Shown here: in pieces, positions 16,001-26,183 of the stretch
Numbering within the stretch: position 1 is the first letter of the stretch
Layout of the letters: every line of letters starts with the position of its first letter
Source of the DNA: Ilyomonas sp.
Lineage (GTDB): Bacteria; Bacteroidota; Bacteroidia; Chitinophagales; Chitinophagaceae
Direction of reading: 5' to 3'
Length of the DNA stretch: 64,000 nucleotides
Assembly: GCA_965199845.1 (NCBI GenBank)
Contig: CBDATZ010000042.1
Coordinates: forward strand, 316,992 to 380,991
The notes under the pieces: generated by a model
What the model saw: the letters and a program-made list of their open reading frames with translations, nothing else
Databases searched by the model: none
Told to the model about the DNA's origin: nothing
Program-made: the position numbers and the translations under genes

Positions 16001-16258
16001 CTGGTTTTGATAACCAATGTTCGTGATAACAAGAACCGTTTGCTTGTTAGGAACCGTTATGGCAAACGCTCCGTTTTCATCGGTAGAAGTTCCGTTGGTT
16101 GTACCTTTTACAAGAACAGATGCGCCCGATAAGGCTTCAGCGCGTTCATTAATTACTTTTCCTTTTACAGAAATTGATTGGGCAAAAAGCGTTGAAGTGA
16201 AAAACAGAAGAAGAAACAGCGCAAAAGATTCCTTCTTTTTTGAGGTAAAAAACTGCAT
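13052..16258 (-). CDS. SusC/RagA-family TonB-dependent transporter
   Basis: [35 protein letters not shown], C-terminal Phe. Confidence 0.95.
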   Translation of the reverse strand: [1068 protein letters not shown]

Positions 16259-16688
16259 AGATGTTGTGATTTTATTTTAACTAAGTGCAAAGCAATACAC
16301 GTTCAGATAGATGGACTCTAATTGAATTAATAGAAACAACTTGGCATTCATATTTCAGAATAATACTAAGTCTGGTGCGAACAATCAGGCAACTTTTTCA
16401 TAATAGGTTATATTTTGGATGTTGAATAAATAAAACAAACTATTCAGTAAATAGTAACAAAGCAATCCTTTTCAATCATCAGTAAGCAATTCCAAAGAAA
16501 AGTTAAAAGTAAAAATAAAATTAAAATAAACACTTTTTTATTTAAAAATATTTTTCGGTCTTCTATGAATATATAGAGATGAAGCGCAAAAAAAGCAGTT
16601 TCATCGGCATTCTGGCTGTCTGGTTCGTAAAAAAATAATTGAATACTTTCTATAATTTTCCTAAAGAAAATGACAAACGTGAACCTTG

Positions 16689-16696
16689 TATATTTG
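16689..16696 (+). promoter_or_regulatory. Bacteroidota -7 promoter box
   Basis: TATATTTG matches TAnnTTTG, 29 nt before ATG 16725. Confidence 0.6.
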
Positions 16697-16724
16697 TCGC
16701 TTACACAAAATTTTATTTCTGCAA

Positions 16725-17708
16725 ATGAGCTTTTTAGAAGTGAGAAAAATTGGCAAAAAACAAAATGGAACTGATACTGTAAATGGCGTAAGTTTTACCC
16801 AGCAAGCGTTTCAAAAGATTGCAATCGCAGGCGAAACCGGTTCCGGCAAAAGCACTTTGCTAAAAATGATTGGCGGATTAATACAGCCTGATTCGGGAGA
16901 AATATTATTTGAAAATAAAAGAGTAGAAGGTCCGCTTGAAAGACTACTTCCCGGTAATCCAAAGATTGCTTATTTATCTCAACATTTTGAATTGCGGAAC
17001 AATTATAGAGTGGAAGAGGAGCTTGATTATTTAAATCAATTGGGTAAAAAAGAAGCTGATACTTTATTTGAAGTTTGCAAAATCAATCATCTTTTAAAAC
17101 GGAAAACGACAGAAGTTTCGGGCGGAGAAAAGCAACGAATTTCGTTAGCCCGCTTATTACTTTCGTCACCTAAATTGTTATTGCTTGATGAGCCATATTC
17201 CAACCACGATATCATTCATAAAAACCTTTTGAAAAAAGTAATTTATGACGTTAGTGAAAGGTTGAATATTACATGTATATTGATTTCTCACGACCCGTTG
17301 GATATACTTTCCTGGGCTGATGATATATTGATAATGAAAGATGGAAAGATTGTTCAAAAAGCCAGTCCTTACGAGATATACAATCAACCCGTAAATGAAT
17401 ATGTAGCCGCACTTTTTGGAAGTTATAACTTATTAAGTCAACCTTTGTATAACGCTTTATCAAAAACGCCTGTTGAGGAAATTGACAAAAGACTTTTTGT
17501 TCGTCCCGAACAGTTTATTATTAACTCTCTGCAATCAAAATTTGTGAAAGGAAAAGTAGCTGACGTGCGCTTTCTGGGTAACTGTTATGAAGTTGATGTT
17601 GCGTTTGAAATTAGCGAACAGATTACTGTAAAAACAGAGCTGATGAATCTGAGTAAAGATGATGTGGTTCGGGTTTCGTTATCCTTATCAAAAGACTGGT
17701 TTTTATAA
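16725..17708 (+). CDS. ABC transporter ATP-binding protein (FbpC/PotA-like, TOBE-like C-terminus)
   Basis: GETGSGKST, VSGGEKQR, LLLLDEP; start moved to ATG 16725. Confidence 0.88.
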   Translation: MSFLEVRKIGKKQNGTDTVNGVSFTQQAFQKIAIAGETGSGKSTLLKMIGGLIQPDSGEILFENKRVEGPLERLLPGNPKIAYLSQHFELRNNYRVEEELDYLNQLGKKEADTLFEVCKINHLLKRKTTEVSGGEKQRISLARLLLSSPKLLLLDEPYSNHDIIHKNLLKKVIYDVSERLNITCILISHDPLDILSWADDILIMKDGKIVQKASPYEIYNQPVNEYVAALFGSYNLLSQPLYNALSKTPVEEIDKRLFVRPEQFIINSLQSKFVKGKVADVRFLGNCYEVDVAFEISEQITVKTELMNLSKDDVVRVSLSLSKDWFL

Positions 17709-17999
17709 CAAATGTGATTTGAATTTTTTTCTGTAACGTAAAGAATCAATATTATCCTGAACTAACAATTCATGGTTGAATAACCATTCATTCATTCTTT
17801 GAATTGCGCACTGCAACTGCGTTTCAGTTAACTGACTAATTGCAGTTTTTTTTTGTTCTAAATGATTATGCCAGTAATCCTGAAATAGCCAATCTAAAAT
17901 GATCCGGTTAAAACAATGATTAAAACGAACCGGCGATTGATAAATAGCCGGAAGTGTTTCGTTTATCAATTTTTTGTACGTTTCTTTCAGTTCATTCAT
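17703..17999 (-). CDS. Small hypothetical protein
   Basis: Co-oriented downstream of the DUF3037 gene; PVRFNHCF.RIILD motif. Confidence 0.65.
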   Translation of the reverse strand: MNELKETYKKLINETLPAIYQSPVRFNHCFNRIILDWLFQDYWHNHLEQKKTAISQLTETQLQCAIQRMNEWLFNHELLVQDNIDSLRYRKKFKSHLL

Positions 18000-18006
18000 A
18001 AGAAAA

Positions 18007-18390
18007 TTACATCACCAATTGTTCAAATAATTTCTCTAAAGTTTCGCTTGCATTTACACAAAGTCCGGGATGAACTTTTGATGTTTGAACAACCGTACTT
18101 CGCGAAGCTGTGAGCCAGCGAAAGCGCGATGCCAGAGGCAATTGCGCAATCGGTCCGCCTTCTTTTAAACCGGCGCATATTTTTTCAAAAGCCTGTAAAC
18201 GTGGAATTAATTCGTACAGATTAAAGGCTTCATAAATTGTTTCTAACCTGCGCTGATCAATCATAAATTTAATACCTAAAAAACGTTGCGAAGCGCAATA
18301 CAAAATCACACCGATATTGGCAAATTCTTCCCGTTCAACACGCGGCACCGCACGAATAACGGCATACTCAAACAAGTGCTTCTCTGGCAT
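18007..18390 (-). CDS. DUF3037 family protein
   Basis: FEYAVIRAVPRVEREEF.NIGV and RFRWLTA.RST motifs; overlaps the HipA-like kinase, its usual partner. Confidence 0.85.
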   Translation of the reverse strand: MPEKHLFEYAVIRAVPRVEREEFANIGVILYCASQRFLGIKFMIDQRRLETIYEAFNLYELIPRLQAFEKICAGLKEGGPIAQLPLASRFRWLTASRSTVVQTSKVHPGLCVNASETLEKLFEQLVM

Positions 18391-19168
18391 GTTTTGCTGC
18401 GTTTAAAAAGATAGAAGAATGTGCTAAACGTGTTTGGAAAAAGTTGATATAGACCTGTCGTTTCTGTTCAACAGTTTCATCAGCAGGCTCGGCTATATGC
18501 AACCATTCATCCGGAATTAAATGGATGATAGAATGAATGATTTGCGGAGTTAAAACAGAACGAAACTCTATATCAGCTTCGTCTAATTCTGTTGCATAAG
18601 AAAGAAGCACGTGATCTTTTATCTGAACAAAAGGTCGCATGCTTTGTTCTTCGATATTTTGCCATGAATGATGAAAGTAAAGTGCGGCACCATGATCTAT
18701 CAGCCAAAGCTCGTTGTGCCACATCAGCATGTTGGTATTGCGAACGGTTCTGTCAACGTTCATAACAAGTGCATCAAGCCACACAATTTGTGAGGCCAAC
18801 TTTGCATCAACTTCATTTACAACCGGATCGAATGTGATAGAACCTTGTAAGTAATGAAGCGCCAAGTTCAAGCCTGTACTGGCTTTTAGCAGATCCTGAA
18901 TTTCCTCATCAGGCTCTGTTCTGCCAAAGTCAGAAGCTAAATTTGCAAATACAAGCTCAGGAACTTTTAAACCTAATACGCGCGCTATTTCACCAACAAT
19001 CAGTTCCGCTATTAAGACCTTAATACCTTGACCGGCGCCACGAAACTTTAAGACGTACATAAAGTCGTCATCAGCTTCTACAATGGCGGGCAACGAACCG
19101 CCTTCGCGCAGCGGCGTTACATATCGTGTAACATCAACGGTTCTAATTTGTAGTGAGTGCTGATCCAT
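18368..19168 (-). CDS. HipA-like kinase
   Basis: PLREGGSLP, YVLKFRGAGQG, NVDRT..NTN, LIDHGA. Confidence 0.85.
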   Translation of the reverse strand: MDQHSLQIRTVDVTRYVTPLREGGSLPAIVEADDDFMYVLKFRGAGQGIKVLIAELIVGEIARVLGLKVPELVFANLASDFGRTEPDEEIQDLLKASTGLNLALHYLQGSITFDPVVNEVDAKLASQIVWLDALVMNVDRTVRNTNMLMWHNELWLIDHGAALYFHHSWQNIEEQSMRPFVQIKDHVLLSYATELDEADIEFRSVLTPQIIHSIIHLIPDEWLHIAEPADETVEQKRQVYINFFQTRLAHSSIFLNAAKHAREALV

Positions 19169-19380
19169 AATTTTTTCTCACTGGTTCTTTGCGCAATGTT
19201 AAGTGTTATGTATGATTGTTCAATGGAGAAGAGAAACCTGAACGGAGCGTCGCAACGATGTTTAACCGGAGTAACAAACGCTCGTAACCTAAAACTGTAT
19301 TTTCAAAATTTACGAAAGAAAGTAGTGAGTTTTTGTTGAATTGATTTGTCACAAAAAAGCCGGCTTTAAACCGGCATTTT

Positions 19381-20886
19381 TTATTTTTTCTTTGGTGATG
19401 GTGTAATCCATGTATTGCCGTCGCGCGCTATCAAAGCTTCGGCATCTTCAGGTCCCCAACTGTCAGGCGCATAGTTCGGAAAACTGCCCGGCGCACGCGT
19501 TCCCCAATTTTCGATAATGGGTGTAACGGCTCGCCAGCTTGCTTCCACCTGGTCGGCACGCAGAAATTGTGTGGCATTTCCTTCCATCGCATCGAGTAAT
19601 AATGTTTCATACGCTTCCGGCTGGTCTTTGCCATCCTGGCTATAATTAAACACCATATCAACCGGGCTTAACAACATGCTCTGACCCGGACGTTTGCTTT
19701 GAAAGCGAAGCTTAATATCCATGTCGGGCTGAATGCCGATAGTAAGACGATTGCGACGCCATGTTTCGGCTGCTTCTGCCGGAAATGCGTAATGCGGCGC
19801 GGGTTTGAAAATGATATTAATAACCGTTGTTTTTTCGTGTAAATATTTGCCGGTTCTTACATAGAAAGGAACGTTTTGCCAGCGCCAGTTATCAATATAA
19901 AACTTAACGGCAGCAAAGGTTTCAACTGTTGAATTCGGATCAACGTTTTTTTCTTCGCGATAGCCTTTTACCTGCTCGCCTTTCATCCAGCCATCGGTAT
20001 ATTGACCACGAACTGCCATATCATTTACTTCGTTTTTATTCATCTGCCTGATGGCATTCAGAACATCAACTTTTTTGTTGCGGATTTCATTGGCGTCAAA
20101 CGAAATCGGTGGTTCCATAGCCACCATACAAAGCAATTGTAAGATGTGATTTTGAACCATATCTCGCAAGGCACCGCTTTGCTCGTAATAACCGCCGCGA
20201 TTTTCGACACCAACCGTTTCTGAAGCCGTGATTTGTACGTGATCTATATACTTGTTATTCCATAAAGGTTCTAATAATGCGTTGGCAAAACGAAGCGCCA
20301 AAATATTTTGTACCGTTTCTTTTCCTAAGTAATGATCAATACGATAAATCTGGTCTTCGGTAAACATCGTATTGAGAAGTTTGTTCAAATCAGTTGCGCT
20401 TTGCAAATCATGACCAAAAGGCTTTTCAACAATAATGCGCGTGGCATCGGCAGGCAGTTTTAAATCAGCAATTTTCTTTGCAATATCAGGCACTAATTGC
20501 GGAGCCACAGCCATATAAAACAATATGTTTGTTTGCTGCAAACCCCATTCCTGCTGCTTTTGTTTGATGAAGCTTTCTATCTTATCAAAACGCTCATCTT
20601 TTTCAGCATCCATTTGCAGGTAATGATTGTTCTTCGAGAACTCCTGCCATTTGCCATTGGCATCTTTCCGACGCGAAAATTCTTTGATGCCTCCAGATAA
20701 ATGTTCATTGTATTTTACATCATCATAAGGGCTTCGTCCCATGCCTGCAATAGCAAATTTTTCAGGCATAAAACCATCGAGATATAAATTATATAAGGCC
20801 GGCGTGAGTTTGCGGTTATTTAAATCGCCACTGCCACCAAAAATAAAAAGTATAGTAGCGGGCGGGCGTTTACTATTTGTTGCCAT
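19381..20886 (-). CDS. zwf: Glucose-6-phosphate 1-dehydrogenase
   Basis: FGGSGDL, EKPFG, RIDHYLGKE, RDMVQNH. Confidence 0.96.
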   Translation of the reverse strand: MATNSKRPPATILFIFGGSGDLNNRKLTPALYNLYLDGFMPEKFAIAGMGRSPYDDVKYNEHLSGGIKEFSRRKDANGKWQEFSKNNHYLQMDAEKDERFDKIESFIKQKQQEWGLQQTNILFYMAVAPQLVPDIAKKIADLKLPADATRIIVEKPFGHDLQSATDLNKLLNTMFTEDQIYRIDHYLGKETVQNILALRFANALLEPLWNNKYIDHVQITASETVGVENRGGYYEQSGALRDMVQNHILQLLCMVAMEPPISFDANEIRNKKVDVLNAIRQMNKNEVNDMAVRGQYTDGWMKGEQVKGYREEKNVDPNSTVETFAAVKFYIDNWRWQNVPFYVRTGKYLHEKTTVINIIFKPAPHYAFPAEAAETWRRNRLTIGIQPDMDIKLRFQSKRPGQSMLLSPVDMVFNYSQDGKDQPEAYETLLLDAMEGNATQFLRADQVEASWRAVTPIIENWGTRAPGSFPNYAPDSWGPEDAEALIARDGNTWITPSPKKK

Positions 20887-20894
20887 GATTAAAG

Positions 20895-21167
20895 TTATCT
20901 GTTGTTATTTTTATAGTGTCCTTTCAGAGAATAAATATTTATGATTTCATTTTCTACTTCATAAACCAAACGATCTTCATTTGTAATTCTGCGGGACCAT
21001 TTGCCTGTCAAATCATATTTCAAAGGTTCCGGTTTTCCAATGCCTGCAAAAGGTGTTTTTTTAATAGATTCAATTAATTTACGAATTCGTTGCAAAACAT
21101 TTTTATTTCCACTTTTTTTCCATTCAATCAAATCCTCGTTTGCTGCAAGTGTCAGAATTATTTCCAT
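20895..21167 (-). CDS. Txe/YoeB-family toxin
   Basis: PFAGIGKPEPLKYDLTGKWSRRITNEDRLVY...KGHY. Confidence 0.9.
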   Translation of the reverse strand: MEIILTLAANEDLIEWKKSGNKNVLQRIRKLIESIKKTPFAGIGKPEPLKYDLTGKWSRRITNEDRLVYEVENEIINIYSLKGHYKNNNR

Positions 21168-21349
21168 ATATCATCAAGACTGATTTTTACACCTTTTTTA
21201 TCCTGCAAATCTTTCTCACCTTGTTTAATTTTTGCAACAAATGCAGAATTATAATTGCTTTTCTCAAAGTCTATATTCAACGCTTTTAAAACTGCTTTTA
21301 AAGCATTCAATTTGTCTTTATTATCAGTATGAATGATGAGTGTTTCCAT
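21158..21349 (-). CDS. Antitoxin (DUF2683-like)
   Basis: 63 aa ending DDIWK, overlaps toxin start. Confidence 0.75.
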   Translation of the reverse strand: METLIIHTDNKDKLNALKAVLKALNIDFEKSNYNSAFVAKIKQGEKDLQDKKGVKISLDDIWK

Positions 21350-21396
21350 AAATATTTTTCATCTTACCAGAACTTGGAAATAAAATCTTACATCTT

Positions 21397-22842
21397 TTAC
21401 ACCGACTTTTCATCTTCACTTGGCCAGCCTGTATGAAAGATGCCCGGCTTATCAATACGCTGATATGTATGTGCGCCAAAGAAATCGCGTTGTGCCTGTA
21501 TCAGATTCGTTGGCATATTTTCGGTTGTGTAAGCATCAAAATAAGCCAGCGCGCTCATTAAACCGCCGGTAGCAATGTTTATGTCAATAGACTTTTTAAC
21601 CACATCGCGAATGCTTTGTTCTTTGCTTTTTACAATATCAGCAATGCCTTTATCTAATAAAATATTAGGCAATTGATTCTGACTGTTTTTAAACGCATCG
21701 TAAAAGTTATTTAATAGAAGTGAACGGATAATACAGCCGCCACGCCATATTTTTACGACATCGTGCAAAGGAATTTCCATCTTTAATTCGTTGGAAGCCT
21801 GGTAAAGCATTGCTAAACCTTGCGCATAGCAGATAATCATTCCAAAATATAATGCATCACCCAATTGATTGATAAAAGCTTCTTTGTCAACATCAATTTT
21901 ATTTACATCATTCTTATACAACTTAGAAGCTTGTACACGTTCGTCTTTATAACCAGATATGGTTCGGAAAGCAACCGCTGTATCAATAGTTGGAATGGCA
22001 ACCGGCAAATCCATCGCATCTTGTGAAGTCCATTTACCAGTACCTTTGCTGCCCGCTTTATCCAGAATCAAATCAACTAAATATTTATCGGAGTTTTCAT
22101 CCTGATCGTCTTTCTGGGTAAAAATATCCCGCGTAATTTCTATCAGGTAAGATTGCAGTTCGCCGGCATTCCATTTCTCAAATACGTCATGCAGTTCTTC
22201 ATTACTCAAACCCAAGCCACGCTTCATAATATCATACACTTCACTAATGAGCTGCATAAAAGCATATTCAATTCCGTTGTGCACCATTTTTACAAAGTGA
22301 CCGGCTGCATCTTTGCCCATATAAGCGGTGCAAGGTTCGCCGTTTACTTTGGCAGCGCAGGCTTCTAAAATGGGTTGTACATTTTTATAAGCTTCGAGGT
22401 TGCCGCCAGGCATCATACTCGGACCTGTACGTGCGCCATGTTCGCCACCCGAAACACCCATGCCCATAAAGTTAATTCCTTTTGGTTCGAGATACTTGAC
22501 GCGCTTTAATGTGTCAATATAATGCGAATTACCGCCATCAATTACTACATCGCCTTTTTCTAATAAAGGAATTAAGCTTTCGATTACATCATCAACCGGT
22601 TTGCCTGCCGGTACAAGCATCATCATTTTGCGCGGCACTTTAAGACTCTTAACCATTTCCTCTAACGTGCTTACGCCTTTTACTTTGTTTTTATCGTCGG
22701 CACCATCTTCGAGTGCTTTGCCTTTCTGAACATCTTTATCAAAACCAATAACATGAAAATTATGACCAGCCATATTCAGCAGCAGGTTGCTGCCCATAAC
22801 ACCAAGACCAATCATTCCGAAATCGTACTGAGTATTTGCCAT
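21397..22842 (-). CDS. gnd: 6-phosphogluconate dehydrogenase (decarboxylating)
   Basis: GLGVMG, IDGGNS, VKMVHNGIEY, QAQRDFFGAH. Confidence 0.96.
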   Translation of the reverse strand: MANTQYDFGMIGLGVMGSNLLLNMAGHNFHVIGFDKDVQKGKALEDGADDKNKVKGVSTLEEMVKSLKVPRKMMMLVPAGKPVDDVIESLIPLLEKGDVVIDGGNSHYIDTLKRVKYLEPKGINFMGMGVSGGEHGARTGPSMMPGGNLEAYKNVQPILEACAAKVNGEPCTAYMGKDAAGHFVKMVHNGIEYAFMQLISEVYDIMKRGLGLSNEELHDVFEKWNAGELQSYLIEITRDIFTQKDDQDENSDKYLVDLILDKAGSKGTGKWTSQDAMDLPVAIPTIDTAVAFRTISGYKDERVQASKLYKNDVNKIDVDKEAFINQLGDALYFGMIICYAQGLAMLYQASNELKMEIPLHDVVKIWRGGCIIRSLLLNNFYDAFKNSQNQLPNILLDKGIADIVKSKEQSIRDVVKKSIDINIATGGLMSALAYFDAYTTENMPTNLIQAQRDFFGAHTYQRIDKPGIFHTGWPSEDEKSV

Positions 22843-23112
22843 ACGGAACAGATTTTTAGGATTGCAAAGATAGAAGGAAAGAAATAGATAGCTGTTGTAT
22901 AAACTGTTGCTAAACTTCCCGATACCGTTGCGCGTTTTTAAAAAGCTATGAAAGTGAAAAAGTCATGCCGTCCTTTTTTGAAAAAGAAAACATGATTTCT
23001 ATAAGATAATTTTGTTGCAGGAAAAATAAAATTACTAATATAAGTACAGTATGTTATTTATTTCAGTAACAGATTGTGTCAAACGGAATCGATAAGACTT
23101 TTAATTGCAATC

Positions 23113-23622
23113 TTACTCCTCAAGAAACCAGCTTTCATCTTTGTCGTAATTTTCCGGAAGTCTTCCAATTAAATAATCGTAAATAATATTTGTATCTACA
23201 AAAGGAATAACCGGCTCAACAACCCATGATAAAAATTCTTCAGGGCCACCATTTATGTATGGTGGCGGCGAAACAGGATAAAATTTTACTGGCAGTTTAT
23301 CATTAATAGATATATAATTAAGAATGTGTCCTAATTCCTGAATAACTGCCCATGCAATTTTTGAGTTAATGTCAATGCCAAACTTAAGCCACCAAAAGGG
23401 TTCACCAATTTTAGAAGTTGCTATAAATCGAACGCAAGGAATTTTTTTAAGTAAAGTTTTAATGTTCTCTAGTCCGGATTGTATATAATCTCTGTCAAAG
23501 TTTTTTTCTGGCGCAAGACTTTTGTCTAATATGGCGGTCAATCGTTCTTCAACTGAGGTATTGAGTTCGCTAGCTTCTTTGGTAAGTCTTACAGATAAGT
23601 CGTCCTTAATGATAATTGTCAT
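23113..23622 (-). CDS. Hypothetical protein
   Basis: 169-aa ORF with PVKFYPVSPPPYINGGP..FLSW motif; AT-rich. Confidence 0.7.
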   Translation of the reverse strand: MTIIIKDDLSVRLTKEASELNTSVEERLTAILDKSLAPEKNFDRDYIQSGLENIKTLLKKIPCVRFIATSKIGEPFWWLKFGIDINSKIAWAVIQELGHILNYISINDKLPVKFYPVSPPPYINGGPEEFLSWVVEPVIPFVDTNIIYDYLIGRLPENYDKDESWFLEE

Positions 23623-23657
23623 GTCTGTTTATAAATTACTGTTAGACGTATTGTAGC

Positions 23658-25988
23658 TTATTCCACAATCCGAAGTTTTGCATAATTGAGCATTATTTTT
23701 TTCTCACCGTTTTTTTCAAATTGAACTGTAGCAACCGGGTTGTGTGCGCTGCCTTCCATCTTTACTACTTCTCCAAAACCAAACTTCTGATGTTCCACTT
23801 TTTGCCCGGCCTGCAGACTGCTGGTATCGCTTGGTAAAAAGTCGGGCGAAGGAATATGATTGATGTTTTGCGGCTTTGGTGCGGCCGGCAAATAAGAAGG
23901 TTTGCTACTTTCGGGTTTGCGCTCAGGCGCTGGTCCCATACCGCGATGCATACGCTGAAACGCAGTGCCCATATTGCTCATGCCATTGCTGTTGCGCGCG
24001 CCGCCGCCTGCAAAGGTTCGGTCTAAAAAAGGTTCGGGCATTTCATCTAAAAAACGACTTGGCTCATTCTGAACCAGGTTGCCGAAGCGATAACGCGAGT
24101 TGGCATACGTGAGCCATAAACGGTCTTTGGCGCGCGTAACGGCTACATAAAAAAGGCGTCGTTCTTCTTCTAATTCTTCACGCGTATTGATGCTCATGGC
24201 GCTTGGAAAAAGCGTTTCTTCGATGCCGCCGACAAACACGCAACCAAATTCCAAACCTTTGGCAGCGTGTATTGTCATCAGTTTTACAACATCAGCATTT
24301 TGATCTTTGTTTTCATCAGCATCGGTTAATAAAGTAATTTGTTGCAGGTACGCACCCAAGCCTTTATCGCCCACTTCGCCGTCTTCGTTAGCCGGGCTTT
24401 CTGTCCATTCTTTTATTGAGTTCAATAATTCCTGAATGTTCTCATAACGTGCCAGACCTTCGGTGGTTTTATCGTTGAACAATTCTTTTACAATACCGGT
24501 ATGTTTACCAATTTGCTGAGCCACATGATAAGCATCATTTGTCTGCAACATGCTTTGAAAATACTTAATCATTGTAATGAAGTTCTGAATCACTTCCAGC
24601 GTTCCGCCTTTTAATCCATACGCAGGCGCTTGCTCAAGCGCAGCGTACATGCTGATGTTTTTTTCATTGGCATAAATCACAGATTTTTCAATGGTTGTTT
24701 TGCCAATACCACGCACCGGGTAATTGATGATTCGCTTTAGCGCTTCTTCATCTTTTTGATTTGCGATCACGCGCAAATAAGCCAGGAAGTCTTTGATTTC
24801 TTTGCGTTGATAGAACGAAACGCCGCCATAAATACGATATGGAATTCCCATGCGGCGCAGGCTTTCTTCAAAGGCGCGGCTTTGCGCGTTGGTTCGATAC
24901 AAAATAGCAAAATCGTTGTTACGATAATGGTTGCGCAGCTTCTGTTCCTGGATGCTGTCGGCAACAAATTTGCCTTCATCATTATCGGTCATGGTTCGCA
25001 CCAGCTTTATTTTTTCGCCGGTATGATTATCAGTCCAAAGAACTTTTGGTATTTGTCCTTTGTTATTTTTGATGACTTCATTGGCAACATTTAAAATACT
25101 TTGGCTGCTGCGATAATTCTGCTCCAGCTTCACCACTTTTACATCATCATAATCTTTCTGAAACTGCAAAATGTTTTCAATTGTAGCACCGCGAAAACTA
25201 TAAATGCTTTGCGCATCATCGCCCACCACGCAAATATTTTCATGAATAGCCGCGAGTAATTTGCTGATTTGATACTGCACCGGATTGGTATCCTGGTACT
25301 CATCAATCAAAATATATTTGAACCTGTTCTGGTATTTGTATAACACTTCCGGAACCGTGTTTAACAGCTCGTACATCTTCAATAATAGATCATCAAAATC
25401 CATTGCACCGTTTTTAAAACAGCGTGCTGCGTATGCTTTATAAATCATAGCAATAGCCGGACGATTGGTGCGCGCATCTTCCTGTTGCAAATAATAATCC
25501 TGCGCATATTCTGCGGGTCCAACCAATGCGTTCTTGGCTGCTGAAATGCGGTTGTGCACTACGTTTGGCTTATAATGTTTATCGTCTAAATTCAGTTCAT
25601 TAATTACGGTTTTTATTACCGATCGGCTATCGTCTGTATCGTAAATGGTAAAACTTCTCGGGTAACCAATTTTATCGGCTTCGCTGCGAAGAATACGCGC
25701 AAAAACGCTATGAAAAGTTCCGATATATAAGTTACGTGCTTCGTTGCTGCCAAGCATTTTTGCAATACGCTCTTTCATTTCGGCCGCAGCTTTATTGGTA
25801 AACGTTAAAGCCAGTATATTAAACGCATCCACGCTGTGTTTTCCCATCAGCCAGGCAATGCGCGTGGTAAGCACTTTGGTTTTACCGCTTCCGGCGCCGG
25901 CAACAATCATTAAAGGTCCGTTCACATGCGTAACCGCTTCGCGTTGCGGCTCGTTCAATCCCGTCAGTAAATCTTCTATGTTTTGCAT
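23658..25988 (-). CDS. pcrA: ATP-dependent DNA helicase PcrA/UvrD
   Basis: AGAGSGKT, DEYQDTN, VGDDAQSIY.FRGA, LEQNYRS, TIHAAKGLEF; C-terminal Tudor-like domain. Confidence 0.93.
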   Translation of the reverse strand: MQNIEDLLTGLNEPQREAVTHVNGPLMIVAGAGSGKTKVLTTRIAWLMGKHSVDAFNILALTFTNKAAAEMKERIAKMLGSNEARNLYIGTFHSVFARILRSEADKIGYPRSFTIYDTDDSRSVIKTVINELNLDDKHYKPNVVHNRISAAKNALVGPAEYAQDYYLQQEDARTNRPAIAMIYKAYAARCFKNGAMDFDDLLLKMYELLNTVPEVLYKYQNRFKYILIDEYQDTNPVQYQISKLLAAIHENICVVGDDAQSIYSFRGATIENILQFQKDYDDVKVVKLEQNYRSSQSILNVANEVIKNNKGQIPKVLWTDNHTGEKIKLVRTMTDNDEGKFVADSIQEQKLRNHYRNNDFAILYRTNAQSRAFEESLRRMGIPYRIYGGVSFYQRKEIKDFLAYLRVIANQKDEEALKRIINYPVRGIGKTTIEKSVIYANEKNISMYAALEQAPAYGLKGGTLEVIQNFITMIKYFQSMLQTNDAYHVAQQIGKHTGIVKELFNDKTTEGLARYENIQELLNSIKEWTESPANEDGEVGDKGLGAYLQQITLLTDADENKDQNADVVKLMTIHAAKGLEFGCVFVGGIEETLFPSAMSINTREELEEERRLFYVAVTRAKDRLWLTYANSRYRFGNLVQNEPSRFLDEMPEPFLDRTFAGGGARNSNGMSNMGTAFQRMHRGMGPAPERKPESSKPSYLPAAPKPQNINHIPSPDFLPSDTSSLQAGQKVEHQKFGFGEVVKMEGSAHNPVATVQFEKNGEKKIMLNYAKLRIVE

Positions 25989-26183
25989 AAGAGAACAAAG
26001 GTAAGGAGGTGAATTTTGTTGAAAAAGGAATATAAATTTCAGCTTGATTTTTCTTCGGTTTTGCTGGCAAAATCGAAGAAAACAGTGAGTTTACAGATAT
26101 GATTGCTTCATTAAAAGATAATAACAAAATGCTTTTTGCAGTCTCAGATATTTTCACTTGTAAATAGAAAGAAAACTCTTCTT

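Noticed and set aside
19240-19290. Small hairpin-like element upstream of the HipA-like kinase
   Set aside because: Single weak copy in the window; cannot be assigned.
23113-23622. Another solo cassette
   Set aside because: AT-rich accessory gene, but no attC-like arms or GTT/AAC terminal repeat found.
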